Origin: Haliotis cracherodii
Lineage: Eukaryota
Direction of reading: 5' to 3'
Length of the DNA stretch: 64,000 nt
Assembly: GCF_022045235.1 (NCBI RefSeq)
Contig: NW_027266297.1
Location: forward strand, 10,292,001-10,356,000
In this document: piece by piece, positions 39,699-52,590 of the stretch
Layout of the letters: each line of letters opens with the position of its first letter
Numbering within the stretch: position 1 is the first letter of the stretch
Made by a program: the position numbers and the translations under genes
Notes under the pieces: generated by a model
Told to the model about the DNA's origin: nothing
Database searches by the model: none
What the model saw: only the letters and a program-made list of their open reading frames with translations

Positions 39699-42600
39699 AT
39701 GTCTCTCTCTATTGTAACAGTGGTAGCTTTAATGGCCAAGATGGCCTTTGGTCAGTTGGGTAGCATGGGAGGTGGTATTGGCGGTTCAATGGGTGGCTTT
39801 GGAGGCGCTGCAACTGGTGCCATGGGCGGGGGTGCAATGGGTGGCATGGGCAGGGGTGCAATGGGTGGTTTAGGGGGAGGTGCAATGGGTGGTTTAGGGG
39901 CAGGTGCAATGGGTGGTTTAGGGGGAGGTGCAATGGGTGGTTTAGGGGGAGGTGCAATGGGTGGTTTGGGGGGAGGTGCAATGGGTGGTTTAGGGGGAGG
40001 TGCAATGGGTGGTTTTGGGGGAGGTGCAATAGGTGGCATGGGCGGAGGTGCAATGGGTGGTTTAGGGGGAGGTGCAATGGGTGGTTTCGGGGGAGGTGCA
40101 ATGGGTGGTTTAGGGGGAGGTGCAATGGGTGGTGGTGCAATGCTTGGTGGTGCAATGGCTGGCTTCGGAGAAGGTGCAATGGGCGGCTTGGGAGGAGGTG
40201 CAATGCGTGCTGGTGCAATGGGTGGCTTTGGAGGAAGTGTGATAGGGGGCATGGGAGGAGGTTCTCCATTTGGCATGGGTTCTGGTATGGTTGGTATGCA
40301 ATCTGGATCTTCAAGTGCAGGTGTTGGATTGGCTTCAGGAGTCGGTTCAAGTTCGCGGAACGGCGGACAAGGATCTAGCCAAAGCGGATTTGGATCTAGC
40401 CAAAGCGGATGGGGATCCAGCCAAAGCGGATGGGGATCTAGCCAAAGTGGATGGGGATCTAGCCAGGCCAGTTCGCCTTCCTCTGGATGGAGCCCTGTGT
40501 CTGGTTCAAGTGCTGCAGGAATCGGTAGTCCAGCTGGGTTTGGTGCAGGTAGATTTGGGTTCCCTGGCGCAGGTTTCGGAGCCGGTCTGCCAATAACTGG
40601 GCTTACAGGAGGAGCTGCTGGTTTAGGATGGGGATTCAACCCACAGCAAAGAATCCTGAGTGAGTAGTTCCGTGAAGTTCAACACACATCTACATATTTC
40701 AAAGTAGACCCAACAGTGATATAATCGGAACAATACAAACCCATAGAACCATAGAAATTGGAATTTGTGACATGACATAAACAATGTTTATAACCATAAA
40801 GTTATAGTCAAATATTTTATCAAATTCGCTGATCTTCTTCATTTTGATGATTTCGAAGAAAAACGACCCGTTTTCATATGTATCTATCTGAACACATCGA
40901 TAAGTCCCAAAACGATCATGCTCAATCGACACTCTTCTCTGACCAATCATATTTGAGATAATACCCACTTTCATGTTACAATAGTGATTTATATGAAACA
41001 TGTCTGTCAATCATTTTCTCATTATATACATGTAATGAGGATTTGAAGTCTATTGGTTATAGCGTTCGGTCACCCCATCTATTCTCACAAGGTACATTGT
41101 GTTAAGCTCATTGTTAGTTCTCCCATCCGTGATTTGACTGTAATGAAATGTATGTATATCAATTGGAATGAGATGAATCAAGGAGTTTGAGTACAAACCA
41201 TAACATATATTCCGTAATTAAAAATAAACTGTTACCATGGCATCAGTATTTGAGGAATTGTTTTTGTTTCAGACACTACAATTACCTGTGCCTTCACCGC
41301 TACCGGCTTTACCGGATCAGTCACCCTGAGAAGAGCAGCATGGGGGGTAAGTTTTAAATATTAGATGCGGAGTAGTTGTGTGGGTTTAACGCCGCTTTTG
41401 AAGTCGTTGACTTGATGTTGATGTTGACAAATTAAGTCAGGCCTCAGATTTCACGAAAGAATTAAACGTCATAATCAAGGCGAATATGGGATTCGAGCCC
41501 ATGTTCTGCACAGCGAATTGCTGCGTCTTAGACGACAGGGCCACCATTTGTAATTCTATATTCACATTATTAAAAAGTTATTAAGAAATATATCTCCCTC
41601 CAGTTTTCAAACCTTTCTCTCACCGGTTAGCAAACTATCGTCGACATTTTGATAGCATAATTTTTTGTGTGAATATATACAACTTTTTCATTACCGCCAA
41701 ATTCTGATGTCAGGAACTCCGTATGTAACGAACTCAATATACAACAGGACCTGGGAACTGTACATACAGTCAAGTCTCGTTAATCCGACAATCGGCTTTA
41801 TCTGACACTTATGATGGGAACCGATTAAATCAGTGCTATTTAGACCCGTTAATCCGACAGTCTCGCACTCCGACTCCGACACACCTAATTTGCAACGAAT
41901 GACCGAAATCACTCATTAATCAGTCTCGTTAATCCGACACAGTGATCAGCGAGCTCCGTGGTCATCTGCCCGCGAGTACACAGCCCCGTGTTTTGAACCG
42001 AGACGAGTCAGCTGGTAGCTACATAGTACTTATACATAGAGATAAACTTGCTTGACAGTAAACAATTAATGCTTTAAATAAACAAAACAGGATTAATCAC
42101 ATGCTGTATATGTCTGGTGGAGAATTGAACTTGTCTTCGTTTTCGACTTTTCAATGTATCCGCAATACGTTATAGCTTTTTAAGAAGTTTCCAGAGATGC
42201 CCTGGAATGCCGGCAAAACAAATGTTCTGAATGGTCTTGATCTTCCGCTCCAGTGGGTTAGAAGGAGTCCGTCAGGATCCATGACTATCAGCTCCACAAC
42301 AGGAACAGGAACATTCAGCGTTGTCCTGACAGAGAGGTCCCGTACAGAGGCTGGTTGTACGTCTGACGGTCTTGGTCCAGTCATTGCTAGGTAAGAGTTG
42401 CAGTTTGTTATAGTCATTCGTGAAACCCCATTAACTCGAATCGAAACATCATGTGACTCAAAGTGTGCCAATATGACTCTTGCTCAATGGGATCATTGAT
42501 CCACAAATTATGTCTGGTGCAATTTCCAATTTATGCATGTGCCATATGTTCACGTGTTTTTTCAAGTGAATAATTGACTTGCCTTCACGTGTGTTTGTGA

Positions 42601-44203
42601 CGTGGGGCACGATACACTCACCTTTTCGCACACATCTAGCATCATCACTATTTAATACACATATTCTTATATTATCGTAATTTGGCGCATGATAGACAAA
42701 CATGATGACTGATGCAGTTCTCTATTTTGATTTGTATCAAAAGTTTACGTGTTTTCTTTTAAGTGAACACTTGACTTGCATTTGCATGTGTTTGTGACGG
42801 GTGGCACCGACGAGACAGGATACGCTCACCTTAATTTATCTCATAATTATTCAGAAATACGTGCTTATGATTCAGTCGGAATCGTATAGTTTTTTTATGA
42901 TTAAGGGAATGGATTTGTCCCTGTTATTTTTACATTGATGTATTTATTGATCCAGGCGAGACTACCCTATATCATCTAGTATTGTTAGTAATTAGCTTCG
43001 TATGAAATACGATGTTGGATGAGACAGCAGTGGAACATCGTAGTCCTTGAATCGTCGACATTACATTATCCTTGTTACTTTATTCCGCCTTTAACGATTG
43101 AGCTGATGCGAACAATCTAATTATTTAACTTCATTACTTGCAAATTGGTATCTCAGTCTTTTGCGAAACATTGCACAACAATAAAACCTTACCCTGAAAT
43201 AATTAATACTATAATATGTTCCAGTAACCTAAGATGGGGTATGTGGAGTATGGGTTCCAGCAACCGTGGCGTCCTTGCTACCGTCACCCTCTCGGCCAAC
43301 CAGCAGAACAACGTCAACCTTGCCAACCTTCCATTCAACGAACTTGACCTCTACGCTGGACGTGGTCTTGCGGTAGGTTTTACCTCCGATTTTAAGTTTA
43401 TGTTTTTAAAGTTAAAGTAAACATTTACCTGAAAGTGTTTACCAGTTTCATTCAGTTTCATTTCCATGGTGACCTTCATAGATACATATTAAAGGTGAAT
43501 ATGTTATTGGTTAATATTCTTAACTGTATTATAAGTCCACTTATGATGCGTTATTCCACTCCCCAAGTGAATGCTCATTGCGCTACGTTATTATTACTGA
43601 AGTCATTGAATCAATGTGTGGTCAAATTTCATTCTCATCTCCCTGGGGAGTATACAACTTTAAATTTAACTTTAAGTTTCGTAGTTACATGAAGTACGTA
43701 TTAACTTTCTCATTTACCATTGTTTGTCGATTCCTAAAGGCAGTTAGGTAGCCAAGTGGCTAAATCTTTGGCCCGTCGCGCCCAAGACACGGGTATGATT
43801 CGTCACAATGATGTAATGTGTAATAGATGACTGGATTATGACCGAAAACATATTTACTCACTAGTTCAGTTAAGCGAGTTGAAATTTACGCCACATCGGC
43901 AGTACGTTATCCAAATAGTGGCGTGTCACTTGTGGCGTGTCGTGTCAATCTTAAAAAATATGACTGTCAATTTGACAAACAAATATTTCAAAGACATGCA
44001 CTGGTGAAATGTATGAAACGCTTTCTTTGCGTCCACCGCCATTATGTTACTTGAATAATGAGAAGTCGTTTACATCTAATTTCTTTGCATTTCAGTTGTG
44101 TTCAACTTTGACAACTGGTGTTGATGGCAGACAAGTCTGTTCCGATCCCATCCCCGCCTGTTGCAAGCTGGGATTCGACGACATGGATGCAATTACTCCT
44201 TAA
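39699..44203 (+). CDS. Gene B: secreted Gly/Met-rich repeat protein with the same SOD-like C-domain (about 475 aa, 5 exons)
   Basis: Exons 39699-40659, 41273-41346, 42254-42390, 43225-43372, 44096-44203; phases 1-0-2-0. Signal MSLSIVTVVALMAKMAFG, about 12 x GGAMGGLG, 4 x SSQSG(F/W)G-type repeat, then NTTITCAF..GTFSVVLTERSRTEAGCTSDGLGPV..YAGRGLALCSTLTTGVDGRQVCSDPIPACCKLGFDDMDAITP. The exon 3 acceptor could alternatively be the in-frame AG at 42175. Confidence 0.9.
41762..41942 (+). mobile_element. TA-flanked MITE / DNA transposon end in gene B intron 2
   Basis: tacagtcaagtctcgttaatccgac plus internal gttaatccgaca repeats; related to the 51168 terminal inverted repeat (TIR). Confidence 0.5.
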
Positions 44204-44440
44204 ACTTACTCTTCTCAAACGATTTTCACTCGGACCGTAACAGACCAATACACATCGACCAGCACTGACAGGAATTCATATTGGAAGTAGTATCGTGCAC
44301 GAGACTGCCACATGCCACAACGCAAATTGTATGCCTAACTGTCTCAAGAAGCAGTTTCAAATTATGCGAATTGTATACTACTCAATATTCGATAGGGATA
44401 GTGAGATATCTCATTATATATATCATGGTAAGATAAAATA

Positions 44441-44862
44441 TATCCCTATCAAAAGTTGAGTAGTATATACACTGCCTATCAAAAGTTGAGTAGTATATAC
44501 GCTGTCTATCAAAAGTTGAGTAGTATATACGCTGCCTATCAAAAGTTGAGTAGTATATACGCTGCCTATCAAAAGTTGAGTAGTATATACGCTGTCTATC
44601 AAAAGTTGAGTAGTATATACGCTGCCTAACAAAAGTTGAGTAGTATATACGCTGCCTATCAAAAGTTGAGTAGTATATACGCTGTCTATCAAAAGTTGAG
44701 TAGTATATACGCTGCCTATCAAAAGTTGAGTAGTATATACGCTGCCTATCAAAAGTTGAGTAGTATATACGCTGTCTATCAAAAGTTTAGTAGTATATAC
44801 GCTGTCTATCAAATGTTGAGTAGCATATACGCTACCTATCAAAAGTTGAGTAGTATATACGC
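44441..44862. repeat. 30-bp minisatellite, about 14 copies
   Basis: Unit gctg(c/t)ctatcaaaagttgagtagtatatac. Confidence 0.95.
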
Positions 44863-46074
44863 GGCAGCGTTAACAGTGAATTCATGCACTATCACGACTC
44901 CACTGCGGAATGAGACGATTGGATCCGAATGAAATGATATTACTTCAATTTTCTTCATAGAAAATCGCATTGGTTCTCTTCAGCATGCGATTTAATAATC
45001 AAATCGGACATAAGTATAAGTCCTTCCCTTTACTTGTATAGTTCAATATTCGTCATATACAAAAGCCTTAAGTTTTTTAAGATATTGTTTGAATTATTAT
45101 GTCAAATAGCAAAATATGCTTCTTGAACGTTAGCAAGGTTCAAACACCCCTAACCCTAACATACAGAACAGATGTAATTTTATGTTTGGAACTTGTACCG
45201 GTATACCTGTTTCTATGCATATACACACTAATATTATCGTTTTGATATACTACTCTACGTTTGATAGGGATATATTTATCTGTCCGTGATACACAAAAGT
45301 GATTCTCATAATATGTCAAGTGTATACTGAAATAGACCGACATAGCTCATTAACCCTATCTGAAGTTGAGAAGTATATACATGAATTAACTGTTACTCTG
45401 CATACATGACTCTGTATTCGTACCAGCTGGCAAATGTTTCAAGTTCACTGTCATTATTTATTGTCACATGTTTAAAGATAATTATCAGAAATATTTAAAA
45501 TAAATTATTTTTCACACATAATTAGCTTGTTTTGTTGTCCAGATAGGCGAATGCTATCCATTTGTGTAGATTCCATTATATTAATTATATATATCAATCT
45601 AATATTGGGAAATTCTGTTTTTACAAACGCATCAATTCGTCAACGTTATAGCTGTATAATTGTTTTAATAAGAACATGTTTTAAACTTACCAAGATGAAG
45701 CAAAGTAAAAAAAATACAGTTTTACAAGTGGACAAAGTGAAATCTCAAATGTCATACATGATTGCTTGAGTTGTTAACGTGCATGTAAATTCATTTTTAA
45801 AATAAATATGATTATTCACGAGAGGCTCAATCGTCTGAGCAGAATTGCAGAGTTGCGCCCCCTAGGCATTCCAGAATCATGACCGAGCATGTATCTTTCT
45901 CCATCATTCATCAGTGTTCAGATGTTACAAATAGTACTTATATCTTTCAAGATTGATTTGTAGATTTTTTAGATGATCCCTTGTTTATGGAGAATAATGA
46001 AATAAAAGATCTTGATCACAGATATCCCAAGTTGAGTCGTACTTACCCTTGCTGTCTTGAGGTCCTTAGGAAAG

Positions 46075-46350
46075 GGGGCACGGGTGGCCCAGTCGTGTAA
46101 GACCCCGGGATTCGCTGTGCAGAGTTGCGTCCCTTGGGCACACCAGAAACCTATGATTGTGGGTTCGAATCCCGGTTCGCCCCGATTATGTTTCTTGGTT
46201 TGTCAGCACTATACCCGTGCTCGTGGGTTTCATGGATATGGTAAACATCTGAGACCTGCATCACTTCGGGCTTTCCTCCCATATTAAGCTGACACGCCGT
46301 GATATAACTGGAATACTGTTAAACAAGGGTTAAACTCACTCACTCACTCA
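46075..46350 (+). mobile_element. tRNA-derived SINE family R3 with 11-bp TSD
   Basis: gtggcccagtcg A-box-like, gggttcgaatccc B-box, (ACTC)n tail; TSD ccttaggaaag at 46064-46074 and 46351-46361. Confidence 0.88.
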
Positions 46351-46377
46351 CCTTAGGAAAGTGGCAAAAGACAATGT

Positions 46378-47175
46378 GATGTACTGAACGCCACACAGCG
46401 ATGTACTGAACGCCAAACTGAACGCCATACAGTTATGTACCGAACGCCATACAGTGATATACCGAACGCCATACTGAACGCCATACAGTGATGTACTGAA
46501 TGCCATACTGACCGCTTCACAGTGATGTACCGAACGCCATACAGTGATATACTGAAAGCCATACAGTTATAAATAGAACACCATACAGTGATATACTGAA
46601 CGTCATACTGAACGCCTTACAGTGATGTACTGAACGCCATACTGAACGCCTTACAGCGATGTACTGAACGCCATACAGCGATGTACTGAAAGCCTTACAG
46701 TGATGTACTGAATTCCCTACACTGATGTACTGAACGCCTTACACTGATAAACTGAACGCCATACTAAACGCCTTACAGTGATGTACTGAACGCCTTACAG
46801 TGATGTACTGCACGTCTTATAGTGATATACTGAACGCCATACTGAACGGCTTACAGTGATGTGCTGAACGCCATACAGTGATATACTGAACGCCATACTG
46901 AACGCCATACAGTGATGAGCTGAACGCCATATTGCACGCCTTACAGTGATGTACTAAACGCCTTACAGTGATGTACTGAACGCCTTACAGTGATATACTG
47001 AACGCCATACAGTGGTATACTGAACGCCATACTGAACGCCTTACAGTGATGTACTGAACGCCATACTGAACGCCTTACAGTGATGTACTGAACGCCATAC
47101 TGAACGCCTTACAGTGATGTACTGTACGCCATACTGAACGCCATAGAGCGATGTGCTGAACGCCATACAGTGATG
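46378..47175. repeat. Compound minisatellite of 22-bp and 12-bp related units
   Basis: actgaacgcc(a/t)tacagtgatgt interspersed with actgaacgccat. Confidence 0.92.
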
Positions 47176-47688
47176 ACATGGACTCCATACAGCACTGAGG
47201 AGTGGATCATAATCAGCGTGAATATATGATCCTGGAATGCTAAATGAACGCAACGCTAACAAGATGTATTGTGCCGCCTGAGACGACTTGACCCTACGGC
47301 ATGGGGTATGTACTAGCATGTTATAGCAAAGTCCTGAATGTTGTACAGCGATTTGTGACTTGGTGTTTGTTGCAACATCAATGATTTTCTAAATAAATAG
47401 GAAGTGATTCTGACAGGTGACATACCGACAGCACCTGACCTTGAGCGGGTCAGGTGTCGATCAACATAAAATATTGACAAGTGAATCCATCAAAGTTGTC
47501 TTGAGTCATTGTAAATATTTATGGATAGATGTTTGGAAACTTTTATAGGAATAGAACATACACCACTGGATGGGAAATCAGCTACAAGACGGCATATACC
47601 GTTGACGGTTTTTTTTAGTATTTTACCGTCATCACAAAATGTGACCTTCGAGAGCTATACGACTGAAAAGCAAAACAAGCGGTACAAC

Positions 47689-48686
47689 ATGATGATGATG
47701 ATTCGCACTGCATTGTTCTGCTTAGCAGTATTTGTGTCCGGTGCACAGTGTCAAGTCTGGAGTGGACAGCAGCCACAGGGACAATGGAGCAGTCAAATTG
47801 GAAGCCAAGGAGGATTTGGTGGAAGCAACGGAGGACCAAGCATGTTTGGAGGCGGTAGCTTTGGTCCAAGTCTGTTCGGTGGAGGCAGTCTTGGAACAAG
47901 TCCCTTTGGTAGTTCAGGTCCATTTGGGAGTAATAACTTCAGATCTAACCCAGGGACTAACTGGATCAACTCGGGACCTTTTGGAATGAATGGTCGTAAT
48001 GCACCAGACGGTCAGCCTTTTGGACCCAGTTCCTTTGGTCCTAACGGACCAATGCCAAGCAACCCCAATGCATGGGGCTCATCTCCAAACCAAAGAGGTC
48101 CATTTTCACCAACGTCTCCCTTCCTGTCAAACTCACCGAATTCCCAGATGAATTCCTTTCAGTCAACATCAAATTTTCGACAAAATCCGTTTCAAAGGAA
48201 TCTGAACTCTCGATCTAATAATCCATTTGCACCACCATCAGGTAGTATGGTTCCGTTTCCCAACATGCCTTTCATGCCAAATTCTGCCCAGAATAGATTC
48301 GATACAGGGTTTTTTCAAGGTTTTGGATGGCAACCAGGAATGGCGTCTCTCGCTATACCAGGAACACCCAGCATAGGAAGCAGTAGGTCTGCTTCCAATA
48401 GTAATGGTATTGACATTTCAGAAGGTAGGTTTTATTAGAATTGAATATACCCCATAAACTTGTACTTACACATTTATGACCGTTTAGAAACATTTGGCTA
48501 CTTTGTTCACTGGTGAATATGGGGTGGTGTGGTTGTCAAAGTGTTCGTACGTCAAAACGAAGGCCTGAGCGAATTCCTTACATGGGTACAATGTTTGAAG
48601 CTTATTTATGGAGTCCCGAGTGTGTAATGGTTGCAATATTGCCAAAAGCTGCTCAAACCATACTCACTTTTTGTTCGTTTAACGTC

Positions 48687-48734
<48 letters not shown>

Positions 48735-51700
48735 TACATGCATTATTCATGTAAACTAAACTTCAATTTGAATTCAAATAGCAAACGCATTATTTATGGT
48801 ATTGTTGTCATGATGATATTCTTTCATTGAAGGCGAGACTCTCACCTGCAGTGCCAGAGACAATACAGGCTCTTTAGCAGTTACTCTATCATGGACGGAT
48901 AATAGCAGCCAGGTAAACTGTTATTAACTCATTTCTCACCTTCATACAAAATTTTGTTGTAGTGATAAAATAGGTGGTTGCCGCGTTCACTCGTATCGTC
49001 GAAGGCGCGTATACAAGGTGTGAACAATCAAAACGACGAAACCCTCCTCCACAATCATCAGAAATCTCTACTATATGATTACGATGATATAAGAACGTTC
49101 GCGAAAAGATGAGCGTATAGTGTCCCACAGGTGACGTACGTCATAAACACATGCAAAGGCTAAGTCAACTGTTCACTTGAAAAAACACAAGAACATATGG
49201 TACACGCCAACAATTGGGAATTGCAGCGGGCATTTTGGTCAATGATATGCATCAAACATGGAAATGTCCTCCTCTTGTCTATTATGAAACGTCTTGAAAA
49301 CTTCACTAAGGCCTTGCATATTCTTACCCTGATCAAATAACTTTTGAGCAGGAATCGCACGACGCTCTTTGATGTCTTCGTAGAAAGAGCATGTGCTAGA
49401 CTGTACCTCAAAGATTGTGAAATGTAAACACCAAAGGCTGGAGCTCCTGCAGTCTTGCTCAACATAAAGGGAAAGTTGACTATTGGAAAGTTGAAGTCAT
49501 CCCTCTTGTCATACAGACTTGTGGATAGTTTTTGTCACTCTGAAACCCATTTCCATGATCCCTGTCATGATATTGCTGAAAAATTGAAGAAAGCTGAGTG
49601 AAACCATACTCGCAGAATACAAAACAAAATGATGTACTATCACCGTACATGCACATGTTTATTTATCTATGCCAAAATTTAAACTAAACTGCCATGCTTG
49701 ACAAATAGAGATGAATTTGTTTCTATGACTTTTGGTCCTTAGAGAGGACAGACGTTTAACCCAATACAAGGTGTCGTCAACGTGACGTCAACGACGCTGT
49801 CTGGAACGTTTACGGTGCTCCTGACACGGCGAGCCCGGGTGGAAGCAGGGTGCTCTTTAACTACCATGGGCGAGATTCTCTCACGGTCAGTTTAGTCAGT
49901 GAATGTCAACATATTGAATACAGGTAAAAAGAATATGAGAGAAATATTGCCACTGTGCCAACATTTAGATAACCACTTGTTACTTTGGTAGTGTGTCAAA
50001 ACAGATTTAATATAAAAATTATAAAACAAACCTCACAGACACCATGTCCTCAGCACGTTCTGTCACATATATAGTGGAGCGGTGGGGGTAGCGGTCCGGG
50101 TTAGATTCTCCGTTTGGTTCAACGTGTGGAGCTCATTTCTTGTCTCCGCCGTGATATTGCGGGACCATTGCTAAAAGCGGCGTAAAATCATAGTATTACT
50201 CATTCACATGTATAGTGTAAACTCTCTATCAGAATCTAACCCAAATAATCAGTTTGGTTTTGTAAAATGATGTTATTTATCAGCACTGGTCATTTAGAAA
50301 CTGTTGTGTCAGTGAATACAGGACAATATGTGAAATCCTTGACTTCATGTAACTTCTCTATGCAATTTGGGCAAGGATAAGGCATCCCTATTGGCACTAA
50401 TTATGCACCCCACATATGTTGATCTGTTTCTGTATGCATATGCATCGGATTTTCTGCTCGGATCGGCAAAAACAAAGCGTGATAATATGGTCAAGAAGTT
50501 TAAGTTAAGCTTCATGTATATCAATGATCTGATACCGTTCAAAAATGGTCAAATAGCCAATTTACTCACCTGAATTAGAAACAAAAGCGACCAGTGAAAG
50601 CACCTCATCTGTTTCATATTTAGACCTATGCTTAAAGATTCTTAAAGAGCAATATTCCAGCAGCTCGAGGCTTTGGTGTCCACAGTTCACAATTTTGTCG
50701 GTGCAAACGAGCTTGCACTTTATGCGAAGATTTGAAAGAGCGCCATACGACTCTTCTGTTCTTAAACGCCTTTCAAGATTAACTTTTTTCTGTGACTGTG
50801 CGTTTCTAGCATGCAATGTGCACAAAGAAGCGACAGAAGTTTAATATTATTTATTAGGGAGAAAGAATAGGACAGTCAATACATAAGTCTCCAAATGTAT
50901 TCATATTCTTAACATGCTCGTCTTCAAGCTTCATGAAATGGATCATGGATCATGACGCCCGCTGAGTGACTTCCTTGTTCTCTCTACAGAACTACTACAA
51001 ACAGCGCATGGGGAGGCACCAGGGTCTTCAGCCTGGGAGTGTTGTCTTCAATACGTGTGAGACGTGGTGTGGAATCTTCAATTACTATACCGACACCTAA
51101 CCTGCCGTTGTTGAGTCTGCAGCAATATTCAGGGAGAGGAATCGTGGTAAGTGTATTTCCACATCGTTACTGTGAAACCTCGTTAATCTGGACCTCGGGC
51201 GGTTATTTTGAGCATCTTCAACTACAAACGACAATCGTTCGTTAATCCGGACGAATTACTGGGATCAATGTATCCGGAGTAACGAGGTTTCATTGTATAT
51301 GAAATTAACTTTTTTTTATCCCAATGGTCCAAGGTACACTAATGTGTCCTTTCGTAGAACACATGTATCACGTGTTAGCTCACCTTGCAATTACTAACGT
51401 TATGTAGACGTCTTATAAATACCATTGTTGACGTTATTTGAAATTACGTCTTTAACTGACGGTGTTATTGTGTATCATTGTTGACATCGTGTGACACATT
51501 TCTCTATGTAGTAGATAATACATTTTTACTACAGGTAATAATACAGTAGGGATAATTAAGAAGTTATATCGACCGCGTAGTGAAAATGTATATGTTCCTT
51601 GAAACCACTATGACACGCGCCCATGTAATGATATTTGTCTGATATGCGCGAGGGCTGTTCAGACAGCTGATAACAATCCCACTCAGAAATGATGATCAAG

Positions 51701-52144
51701 GAATTATAGTCTGAAATATGTGCCTAATGTTCATCATTTAATTGTTGAATTAAATTATTTGTATCTTTTTGCCGCAATGGGGTAATCCGGAACGCGTTCA
51801 ATGAATATACCCTTAAATCGTGTAGGATCTTCTAAGGCAAAGTGCTTGTTCCAAATGTACCTCTGAAGGATACTCTGTTGGATTAGACGGTTATCTTAAT
51901 GCAAGGCAGTTTGGGTTGTGTACTCCCCATGGAGCTGAGAATGTAATGTAGTGCGTGTGGAGACCTGTACAATATAAGTACACACAGCATTATTATCATC
52001 ACTAGTTGACCTTCATGGGAATTGTCTGTGTTTCAGCTATGTAGCGGCACAGCCTCAGATTCTACCGGAAGCGCCAGTTGCATTGGCACCTTTCACCTCT
52101 GCTGCAAACTCGGTTATGACAATCAAGACGCCATCCTACCATGA
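47689..52144 (+). CDS. Gene C: secreted Gly/Phe/Pro/Asn/Ser-rich protein with the same SOD-like C-domain (about 407 aa, 5 exons)
   Basis: Exons 47689-48424, 48833-48912, 49743-49885, 50990-51146, 52037-52144; phases 1-0-2-0. Signal MMMMIRTALFCLAVFVSGAQC; C-domain ETLTCSA..GTFTVLLTRRARVEAGCSLTTMGEI..YSGRGIVLCSGTASDSTGSASCIGTFHLCCKLGYDNQDAILP. Which of the four tandem ATGs initiates is uncertain. Confidence 0.88.
48512..48670 (+). mobile_element. Degenerate R2 SINE in gene C intron 1
   Basis: catgggtacaatgtttgaagc..caatattgccaaaagc..aaaccatactcac. Confidence 0.6.
48688..48733. repeat. (AAT)n microsatellite, about 15 units
   Basis: Direct observation. Confidence 0.95.
49160..49530 (-). mobile_element. 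Penelope-like RT C-terminal fragment in gene C intron 2
   Basis: STSLYDKRDDFNFPIVNFPFMLS..APAFGVYISQSLRYS. Confidence 0.75.
50075..50205 (+). mobile_element. Degenerate R2 SINE
   Basis: cgccgtgatattgc..ttgctaaaagcggcgtaaaatcata. Confidence 0.55.
50290..50640 (+). mobile_element. Penelope-like RT fragment in gene C intron 3
   Basis: GIPIGTNYAP..VDLFLYAYASDFL..SFMYINDLI..PELETKATSES. Confidence 0.72.
51168..51297. mobile_element. MITE with TA-flanked terminal inverted repeats (Tc1/pogo type)
   Basis: tactgtgaaacctcgttaatctgga ... tccggagtaacgaggtttcattgta. Confidence 0.75.
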
Positions 52145-52164
52145 TGCCCTGTTCCACCATCGAG

Positions 52165-52408
52165 ACTTTGCTTGTTTGTTGTCTAACGCCGCGCTCAGCA
52201 ATATTCCAGTTATATGACGGCGGTATTTAAATAATCGAGTCTGGATCAGACAATTCAGGGATTGACATCATGAGCATCGATCTACGCAATTGTGATACGA
52301 TGGCGTACATCAAGCAAGTCAGCGAGCCTGAACACCCGATCCCGTTTATCGCCTTTTACGACAAGCATGGGTTGGTGAAGACCTTTTCTCTGCCCGGATA
52401 TTCACGGG
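52165..52408 (-). mobile_element. Full-length R1 SINE-like copy 20 nt after the gene C stop codon
   Basis: TSD tccacc(a/t)tcgag at 52153-52164 and 52409-52420. Confidence 0.85.
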
Positions 52409-52446
52409 TCCACCTTCGAGGCATCTGGACACATCTTAGCGGACTA

Positions 52447-52590
52447 TAGTGAGTGATTATGGCTTGACGCCGCTTTTAGCCACATTCCCGCCATTTCACG
52501 GCCAGGGGCACCAGAAATAGGCTTCACATATCGAACCCGGTTCTTGGTGTGACAAACTAACGCTTTAACTACCAGGCTTCCCCACCGCTC
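52447..52590 (-). mobile_element. R2 SINE copy
   Basis: Reverse complement of the 3220 element. Confidence 0.7.

Noticed and set aside
39709-40639. Minus-strand ORFs resembling extensin or mussel-adhesive (PPPKPPIA)n and His/Pro/Leu repeats
   Set aside because: They are antisense mirrors of the Gly/Met codons of gene B, with no signal peptide or splice partners.
44423-44932. Repetitive ORFs (IGSVYTTQLL)n, or a CRISPR-like array
   Set aside because: Head-to-tail 30-bp minisatellite with no unique spacers and no cas genes, in eukaryotic DNA.
47521-47688. Longer N-terminus for gene C from ATG 47521 (and GTG 39672 for gene B)
   Set aside because: The signal peptide starts at 47689 (39699 for B); the upstream extension lies in probable promoter or UTR sequence.
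5641-52144. Annotating the genes as active superoxide dismutases or copper chaperones
   Set aside because: No His or Asp metal ligands, no catalytic Arg, and no CCS-type MxCxxC or CxC domains.
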